Of a DNA stretch of 64,000 nucleotides, positions 57,222 through 64,000 are shown piece after piece. The number at the start of each line of letters is the position of its first letter. Position 1 is the first letter of the stretch. The notes under the pieces are model-generated. The model was not told where the DNA came from. It searched no databases and worked only from the letters and a program-made list of their open reading frames with translations. Source of the stretch: Pseudomonadota bacterium (GTDB lineage Bacteria > Desulfobacterota > Desulfobacteria > Desulfobacterales > RPRI01). The stretch lies in the NCBI GenBank assembly GCA_043825875.1, contig JBDRRF010000076.1, positions 170,120 to 234,119 on the forward strand, in the 5' to 3' direction. A program made the position numbers and the translations under genes.

Positions 57222-58229
57222 TCAGAACTGCCTTAAGAATCTTAAATCGTTTTCGAAAAATTTGCGGATATCATCAATACCATATTTCAGCATTGTAATG
57301 CGCTCAACTCCCATTCCAAAAGCAAATCCGGTTATTTGAGATGTGTCATATCCTACATTTTCAAATACCGCAGGATGAACCATGCCGGAACCAAGCACTT
57401 CAAGCCATCCGGTATATGAGCAAACTCTACAACCTTTGCCTCTGCACATAACACAAAGAATATCCACCTCAGCACTTGGCTCTGTAAAAGGGAAAAAGCT
57501 TGGCCGGAATCTTAAACTCGTATTATCATCAAACAACAGATGGATAAAATTGGTAAGAATTCCTTTCAGATCTCCAAAAGATATGTTTTCGCCAACCATC
57601 AAGCCTTCCACCTGATGAAACATAGGTGTATGAGTAATATCGGAATCACTGCGATATACTTTTCCGGGAGCAATTATTTTAATAGGAGGTTTTCGTTTTT
57701 CCATAACACGCACCTGCATAGGTGAGGTGTGTGTTCTTAAGACGATATTATCCGAAACATAAAAAGTATCCTGCATATCTCTTGCAGGATGATATTTTGG
57801 TATGTTGAGCGCCTCAAAATTATAATAGTCGCTCTCTATTTCCGGCCCTTCCGCAATATCAAAACCCATTCGGGTAAATATATCGCAAATTTGCCTCATA
57901 ATCTGTGTAACAGGATGAAGCGATCCGGGGTTAACAGCTCTTCCAGGCAATGAAACATCTATAAAGTCATCTGATTCTGAGGCATTAGATTCAAATTTGT
58001 TTATTGCATCTTTTATTGCAATATCTAAAATCTTCTTTGCTTCGTTAGCTTTTTCCCCTGCTCTTGGTCTTTCTTCGGAAGGTAGCTTTGATATGCTTCT
58101 AAGAAATTGAGTAATAACCCCTTTTCTTCCCAGATATTTTACGGAAATTGCATTTAAGCTTTCGCTGCTTTTTGCAATTTCAATTTCTTTAAAAGCTTCG
58201 ACACAAATCTCTTCTATTGTTTTTTCCAC
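57222..58229 (-). CDS. pheS: Phenylalanyl-tRNA synthetase alpha subunit
   Basis: [31 protein letters not shown]. Confidence 0.98.
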   Translation of the reverse strand: MEKTIEEICVEAFKEIEIAKSSESLNAISVKYLGRKGVITQFLRSISKLPSEERPRAGEKANEAKKILDIAIKDAINKFESNASESDDFIDVSLPGRAVNPGSLHPVTQIMRQICDIFTRMGFDIAEGPEIESDYYNFEALNIPKYHPARDMQDTFYVSDNIVLRTHTSPMQVRVMEKRKPPIKIIAPGKVYRSDSDITHTPMFHQVEGLMVGENISFGDLKGILTNFIHLLFDDNTSLRFRPSFFPFTEPSAEVDILCVMCRGKGCRVCSYTGWLEVLGSGMVHPAVFENVGYDTSQITGFAFGMGVERITMLKYGIDDIRKFFENDLRFLRQF

Positions 58230-58350
58230 TTTAATCGTCTTGCTATAATTTTGCTTGAGATGATCCGAATAAAACTAGTGAAAAGCGCATCAAAAAACCG
58301 GCATAAATTTATTTTTGATACATCATCAATTTTCTATGCAAGCTGTATTT

Positions 58351-58701
58351 TCAAGCCTGCTGCAAAGCAATACCAGCCAATTGTGCAAATCCGCTGGGAT
58401 CCGATATTGCCAGATCTGCAAGAACTTTACGATCAAGATCAATATTTGCAAGTTTAAGCCCATGCATAAACTTGCTGTATGATAAATTGTTCATTCGCGC
58501 AGCAGCATTTATTCTTATTATCCACAATTTGCGAAAATCACGTTTACAAGACCTGCGATCACGGTATGCATATGCTAAAGCTCTGTCAACCGTATCAGCT
58601 GCTGTCCGGAATAATTTACTGTGACCTCCGCGAAAACCCTTGGCAAGCTTTAAAACCTTTTTTCTTCTGTGCCTTGCCTTGAAACCTCTTTTAACACGCA
58701 T
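58351..58701 (-). CDS. rplT: 50S ribosomal protein L20
   Basis: [27 protein letters not shown]. Confidence 0.98.
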   Translation of the reverse strand: MRVKRGFKARHRRKKVLKLAKGFRGGHSKLFRTAADTVDRALAYAYRDRRSCKRDFRKLWIIRINAAARMNNLSYSKFMHGLKLANIDLDRKVLADLAISDPSGFAQLAGIALQQA

Positions 58702-58778
58702 TTCTAATCTCCTTACTTATATACAAATAAAACAAATAACTCATAATATTTAAAATAATTATATTTAATCCTATCAAA

Positions 58779-58976
58779 TCAACTATTAGGAAGAAGCAAT
58801 CTAATCTCTCTTTGATTTGTTTTGTCTATCATATTTTTCTTACGCAACGAACGCTTACGTTTTGTTGTCTTTTTCGTAAGTATGTGGCTTCCATTAGACT
58901 TGGCAAATTTAAATTTTCCTGAGCCTGTTTTTTTAAATCGTTTTGCTGCGCCACGATTAGTCTTTATCTTGGGCAT
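58779..58976 (-). CDS. rpmI: 50S ribosomal protein L35
   Basis: [27 protein letters not shown]. Confidence 0.97.
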   Translation of the reverse strand: MPKIKTNRGAAKRFKKTGSGKFKFAKSNGSHILTKKTTKRKRSLRKKNMIDKTNQREIRLLLPNS

Positions 58977-59043
58977 AACCTTCTCCTTCATTTTAACTGC
59001 TTTATAACTTTATAAATAATCTCATTTTCTACATGAATAATAA

Positions 59044-59583
59044 TCACTTGGGAGCTAAAATCATTATCATGGCACGGCCTTCGAATTTTGGCATTTGCTC
59101 AACCACAGCAATATCTGAGGTACTGTTTACAATTTTCTCAAGCAGTTCCCTGCCTAGCTGCGTCAGCGTAATCTCACGACCTCTGAAAACAACCGTAACT
59201 TTTACCTTATCTTTTTTTCCGATGAACTTTTTTATATGATCTATTTTTACACTAAGATCATGATCACTGGTTTTGGGTCGCACCTTTATTTCTTTAACCT
59301 GAAATGTGCTTTGTTTCTTTTTTGCTTCCTGTTTTTTCTTTACCAGTTCATACTTATACCGTCCATAATCCATGATTTTGCATACAGGCGGATTTGCGGT
59401 TGGCGAAACCTCAACCAGATCAAATCCAAAATCGGCTGCCGCTGCAAGAGCTCTATATGTAGGCAGAATACCTAACTGATTTCCATCAGGATCTATTACT
59501 CTTACCTCTTTGGCCCGTATCTCCTGGTTAATGTTTGTTTTGTCTGCTTTCTCCGGTCTGCTTGCTTGTCTGAATATAGCTAT
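59044..59583 (-). CDS. infC: Translation initiation factor IF-3, probable ATA start
   Basis: INQEIR, PPVCKIMDYG, FRGRE; GGAGG 7 nt before ATA. Confidence 0.96.
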   Translation of the reverse strand: MAIFRQASRPEKADKTNINQEIRAKEVRVIDPDGNQLGILPTYRALAAAADFGFDLVEVSPTANPPVCKIMDYGRYKYELVKKKQEAKKKQSTFQVKEIKVRPKTSDHDLSVKIDHIKKFIGKKDKVKVTVVFRGREITLTQLGRELLEKIVNSTSDIAVVEQMPKFEGRAMIMILAPK

Positions 59584-59793
59584 ACCGACACCTCCCGCGG
59601 TCATATTTGTTTATAATGGCATTAAGTCTTATAAGTAATAATGATATGTTATCAGACTGCTGCAAATAGTATACACTTAATTTAATCCGAGAAATTTATA
59701 TTACAACTTAAAGAAATGCAAGAAAAATATTAAAATGGTTTCGCTCTCAAATGAGACCAGGTGTTTTTTAACCCGGCCTGTTTAAAAGGCTGT

Positions 59794-60666
59794 TCAGGAA
59801 TCCATAATTTTATGTGTATTGTTTATAATTTCTTTAAGTTTTTCAATCTCTTGCTGATTCATCGAAAAGCCATGCTTTTCCTCCGGAAACTGTAAGTTTT
59901 CAACATCGGATTTATATTGGCTGACTGATGAAAATATAATGTCGCTTATTTTTGCATATTGCTTAACAAATTTTGGTGTAAATTTATCAAATAATCCTAT
60001 CAAATCATGAGTCACAAGAACCTGGCCATCGCAATCTATACCTGCACCAATTCCTATTGTGGGAATCGAGATCGATTCTGTGATTATCTTTGCAATAGGA
60101 GAAGGAATAGCCTCAAGAACAATAGAAAAGCAACCTGCATCTTCAAGCGCTTTTGCATCTTCGACAAGCGCAAGAGCAGCTTCAAAACTCTTTCCCTGCA
60201 CCTTGAATCCGCCCAGAGATGATGCAGTCTGAGGAGTAAGACCAATATGTCCCTGAACCGGAATTCCAGCTTCAACAATCGCCTTTGCGACAGGAGCCAT
60301 CCTGCATCCCCCCTCAAGTTTGATACAGTCTGCTTTTGCCTCCTTCATCATTCGGTTGGCATTATAAATCGCTTCTTTGATTGAAACATTATATGATCCG
60401 AAAGGCATATCCCCTATTACCAAAGCTCTTTGTACCGCACCCGATACTGCCTTTATATGATGAAGCATCTCTTCCATAGTAACAGAAACAGTATCTTTAT
60501 AACCAAGCACCACCATTGCAAGAGAATCACCTACAAGTATGATATCAATTTCCGCCTTATCTACAAGAAGTGCTGTAGGATAATCATATGCGGTAAGCAT
60601 TGTTATCTTTTTTCCGCTTTTTTTTCTTTCCTTTATATCAGGCACAGTTATTTTATTCTGTTCCAT
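59794..60666 (-). CDS. panB: 3-methyl-2-oxobutanoate hydroxymethyltransferase
   Basis: MLTAYD, LVGDSL, DMPFGSY, KLEGG, GHIGLTPQ. Confidence 0.97.
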   Translation of the reverse strand: MEQNKITVPDIKERKKSGKKITMLTAYDYPTALLVDKAEIDIILVGDSLAMVVLGYKDTVSVTMEEMLHHIKAVSGAVQRALVIGDMPFGSYNVSIKEAIYNANRMMKEAKADCIKLEGGCRMAPVAKAIVEAGIPVQGHIGLTPQTASSLGGFKVQGKSFEAALALVEDAKALEDAGCFSIVLEAIPSPIAKIITESISIPTIGIGAGIDCDGQVLVTHDLIGLFDKFTPKFVKQYAKISDIIFSSVSQYKSDVENLQFPEEKHGFSMNQQEIEKLKEIINNTHKIMDS

Positions 60667-60746
60667 ATTACGTCTCCTTTCGGCATCTACGTTTTATCTT
60701 TAGCAAATAACAAGTAAGATAAGTTATAACATATCAGGCTTTCCTG

Positions 60747-63725
60747 TTAAATCCTAAAAAGCTTAAGCGGTGATTCTTTCAGTTGTTCGTTTGCCGATTT
60801 AAGCTTATCCTCCCCTGATATCACAGCAATTCCGCAAGAATTATCTTTATCTTCAAGATACCTGTTTGAAACATCAATTATTTTTTCGCGGGTAACAGCA
60901 AGAACCCCCTTTTTAAAACGTTTTCTCATTTCATCCGAAAGTGATACAATTTTTCTGTAAAAAGCTTTTATTGCTGCAATACCAGGAGTATCAGGCCTGT
61001 CGATTTCGGAACAAACCTGCAAAATTGCTTCCTTGACATCTTCATTGCTAAAATTTCCCTTTTTGATAAATGCAGGAGCTTTTTTGAAAACATTTAAAGT
61101 ATTTACTATATGCGGATCTCTGTAAGAAGCGTAAGAAAAAATCCCGTCTTCAATATTATATGTTGAATACCCGCCGTATGCCCCACCTTTTTCGCGGATT
61201 TCCCTGTGAATATACATTGACTTTAAAAGTTTGCTTAAAACCGCAAGCGCAGGCGCATCTTCGTGCTCCATTCTAACCACATCAAAATTATATGCCACAA
61301 AAGAAACTGCCGATGATGTACTCCAGCCCTCATTCGGCAAAACTTCTTCTACAAAAATATCATTTGCCAAATAATGATCTGAAATATTTTCCGGAAGGTT
61401 ATTTAGAAATAAGGAAGTTTTTGGAAGCGCTTCGGATAGCAAATGACTATCGGCTATAAGCGCTGTTTTAAAATTATTTTTGGCCATAATCTTTGATGCT
61501 ATCAAAGACAGGTCATCAGCAATTGTTTTTACTTTTTCATCACAAAGATCTTCTGTTATTTTTTTCATGAAAAGCAATTGATGGATTCCATGCCATATTT
61601 CACTTAGTTTTGATGCTTTATTAAAGTTTCTAGATGCTAGCGAAATAGCCAGTCTGTGACCATTTGGAACAATCATTGATTCAAAACCTGCCCGGTATTC
61701 TAAAAGAAGCTTCTCTAAACGGATATAATCGGAAAAATTGTTTTCAAAAACAAGTTCATTTATAATATCAAACATCATATCAACATTTCTTTCAAGGCAT
61801 TTACCATTAAAAGAAAGAAAAGGAATATACGAGCCGATACTATCATATCCTGTTCTTACATTTGATGAAAGTCCGATTCCACCCGTATAAAGATCGATGC
61901 GCTGAGCCATATCCGAGTAATCCCTTAAGGATGTTCCCATTTTAGAAAATGCAAAACAGAAAAACGGAACAAGGGGGATAAGTCTTTCTTCAAGCGTTTG
62001 AGTTTCTGCCACCGCGGTAAAGTATAAAATTCCCCCGGTTGGCTGTTCATAACATGAAACCGGAGTATCGCCATATAAAGAGCTTTCTTTAACACTTTCA
62101 ATAGATGGTGGAATATCAGAAATTTCAAGTGTCGGAAGACAAGAGAGATCTTCCTTTTTTACCTGAAGCGTTTCAAGACGCTTTGTATCTTCACAGATTT
62201 TCTCAATGTTTTCTTTTGTCAAACCGGCTCTAATGTTTTCAAGCTCGGCTGTAACACGCTCTTTTTCTCTTTGTTCCATATCCTGATCAGGGGCAAGTGT
62301 TAAAAGCACTCTGTGATTATTTGCTAAAAAATATTTATTTATCCTGTTTTCAAAAAGAAGTTCTTTTGATAATTCTTCCCGTAATCTTTGAAGGTCGGCA
62401 TCAAGATTCAGTATCCTGGCAGGATCTCCTTCATGAAGCCAGCTTCCCGCAAAAGTAAGCAAGAGTTTTATACCGAAAGGATACGGAGTATTTGTTATTT
62501 CCTTGCGGTTAAACTCCAACTGATGAATAGCAGATTCGATAAGATTGTTATCTATACCGTTTTTGAAAAGATCTGAAAGTGTATCAAAGAAAATCTTTTC
62601 AATGACATCGGCATCCGATTCCTTGACATCCTTAAGGCCACAGACAAACATCGTATCTTTGTTTCCAGTGTCATATCCTGATGAATCGGAAAGTGAAGAA
62701 CCAAGACCGGAATCTATCAAAGCTTTGCGAAGAGGAGAAGAAGCATTCCCGATAAGGATATGCTCTAAAAGCACAAGAATGAGCAATTCAAAAGTATCGG
62801 TTATATCCGACATAAGCCATGCCATGCATATCTGGTATTTTTTCAGCGGCTCCTCATTCTTTGCAATAGGATAAAAATAGTGCATCTTTTTCGGCTCGTT
62901 CCAGCGGGGATGCGAAGGAACAGATGTTTGCGGATCTATAAGGCTAAATTTATCAAGTACTTTTTCATCAATAAACGAAAGGCTTTCGTCTAAAGGAATA
63001 TTTCCATATGTATAGAAGTAAGCATTACTGGGATGATAATATCTACTGTGAAATTTCTTAAGATCTTCATAGGTAAGAGTCGGAATAACGGCAGGATCTC
63101 CTCCGGAATTGAAACCATATGTGGTTTCGGGATAAAGAGCATTTAATATTGAACGCCCCATAATCTGATCTGGAGAAGACATTGCTCCTTTCATCTCATT
63201 ATAAACAACCCCTTTATACACAAGGCTTGGTTCCTTGGAAGAAGACAAATCCATTTCAATGCGGTATCCTTCCTGTTTGAAATTAAGTTCTTCTATAAGG
63301 GGAAAAAAAGCAGCATCAAGATATACTTCCATAAGATTATAATAATCTTTTTTGTTCTGAGTTGAAAAAGGATACATAGTCCAATCGGATGCGGTAAAAG
63401 CATTCATAAATGTATTAAGACTTCTCTTTATCATGGAAAAAAAAGGATCACGTACCGGATAATTTTTTGACCCGCATAAAACCGTATGTTCCAGTATATG
63501 TGCTACTCCGGTTGAGTCCGCAGGAACTGTCTTGAAAGTTACTGAAAAGGTATTTTCTTTATCGCTATTGCTTATATGAATATGCCTTGAACCTGTTTTA
63601 ATATGGTTCAATTCATAAAAAAAAGATTTAATATCGGAAAGCTCGACTATTCTATTTACTGTGTAGCCGGAAATCGTATCCCCTTGGTCAATGTTTTTAT
63701 TAATACAATCGGTAGTTCTATTCAT
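60747..63725 (-). CDS. M16C (presequence protease/insulinase-like) metallopeptidase
   Basis: HILEH inverted zincin, FMNAFT, GVVYNEMKG, REKGGAYGG, SYRDP. Confidence 0.93.
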   Translation of the reverse strand: MNRTTDCINKNIDQGDTISGYTVNRIVELSDIKSFFYELNHIKTGSRHIHISNSDKENTFSVTFKTVPADSTGVAHILEHTVLCGSKNYPVRDPFFSMIKRSLNTFMNAFTASDWTMYPFSTQNKKDYYNLMEVYLDAAFFPLIEELNFKQEGYRIEMDLSSSKEPSLVYKGVVYNEMKGAMSSPDQIMGRSILNALYPETTYGFNSGGDPAVIPTLTYEDLKKFHSRYYHPSNAYFYTYGNIPLDESLSFIDEKVLDKFSLIDPQTSVPSHPRWNEPKKMHYFYPIAKNEEPLKKYQICMAWLMSDITDTFELLILVLLEHILIGNASSPLRKALIDSGLGSSLSDSSGYDTGNKDTMFVCGLKDVKESDADVIEKIFFDTLSDLFKNGIDNNLIESAIHQLEFNRKEITNTPYPFGIKLLLTFAGSWLHEGDPARILNLDADLQRLREELSKELLFENRINKYFLANNHRVLLTLAPDQDMEQREKERVTAELENIRAGLTKENIEKICEDTKRLETLQVKKEDLSCLPTLEISDIPPSIESVKESSLYGDTPVSCYEQPTGGILYFTAVAETQTLEERLIPLVPFFCFAFSKMGTSLRDYSDMAQRIDLYTGGIGLSSNVRTGYDSIGSYIPFLSFNGKCLERNVDMMFDIINELVFENNFSDYIRLEKLLLEYRAGFESMIVPNGHRLAISLASRNFNKASKLSEIWHGIHQLLFMKKITEDLCDEKVKTIADDLSLIASKIMAKNNFKTALIADSHLLSEALPKTSLFLNNLPENISDHYLANDIFVEEVLPNEGWSTSSAVSFVAYNFDVVRMEHEDAPALAVLSKLLKSMYIHREIREKGGAYGGYSTYNIEDGIFSYASYRDPHIVNTLNVFKKAPAFIKKGNFSNEDVKEAILQVCSEIDRPDTPGIAAIKAFYRKIVSLSDEMRKRFKKGVLAVTREKIIDVSNRYLEDKDNSCGIAVISGEDKLKSANEQLKESPLKLFRI

Positions 63726-63864
63726 CTAACCCTCTGTTTACTAAATGTTTTACTCCTGTCTCGACACTTCCAAAATTTTTATATACCCAAAATCCGGATG
63801 CAGTTTAAGCTATTTTGAATTAGCTACACTTACCATATATAAGCAAAGAACTTTAAGGCACTGA

Positions 63865-64000
63865 GCCACTTTCAAAACGTTTCAGTTTGGTCAAGCTCAA
63901 GGCGGGAGAAAATTTCAACCACAGGAATACATTGAGTATTTCGAGGATTGAAATTTGAGCCCAACGCAGAGATCGGCCAAAATGGGGCGTTTTGAAACTG
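63865..64000. repeat. Long nested imperfect palindrome (MITE/REP-like), cut by window edge
   Basis: TTTCAAAACG/CGTTTTGAAA, TTTGGTC/GGCCAAA, AAATTTCAA/TTGAAATTT, GAATAC/GTATTT. Confidence 0.7.

Overview
AT-rich bacterial chromosome segment; gene content suggests a deltaproteobacterial (Desulfobacterales-like) anaerobe, which is an inference. From left to right: (1) ptsI (5'-truncated), smpB and tRNA-Asn(GTT). (2) An ~8.3 kb integrative element (2128-10466) bounded by a perfect 53-bp duplication of the tRNA 3' part. It has a tyrosine integrase, TA pair, AlpA/Xis-like HTH, a putative Rep with iterons, a Nu1/TerS-like HTH flanked by two inverted lambda-type cos-like sites, and four C4-like three-way-junction RNA motifs, three with loops complementary to nearby ribosome-binding regions. 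It has no structural phage genes, so it looks like a phage satellite. (3) A sigma54-controlled operon: outer-membrane protein, YeeE/YedE, TusA, DsrF/H/E-like proteins, a degenerate cytochrome c-like protein, an octaheme tetrathionate-reductase-family cytochrome and a cytochrome b. (4) A Na+-translocating decarboxylase module lacking its carboxyltransferase. (5) An ~30 kb surface-glycan region (glycosyltransferases, glf, sulfotransferase-fold proteins, cysC, wzm/wzt), interrupted twice by toxin-antitoxin clusters that each lie between an intact gene and a diverged copy of its own 3' end. (6) Housekeeping genes aroQ, MerR-like, pheT, pheS, rplT, rpmI, infC, panB and an M16C peptidase, then a long hairpin repeat at the window edge. 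All calls come from reading motifs; no database searches were run.
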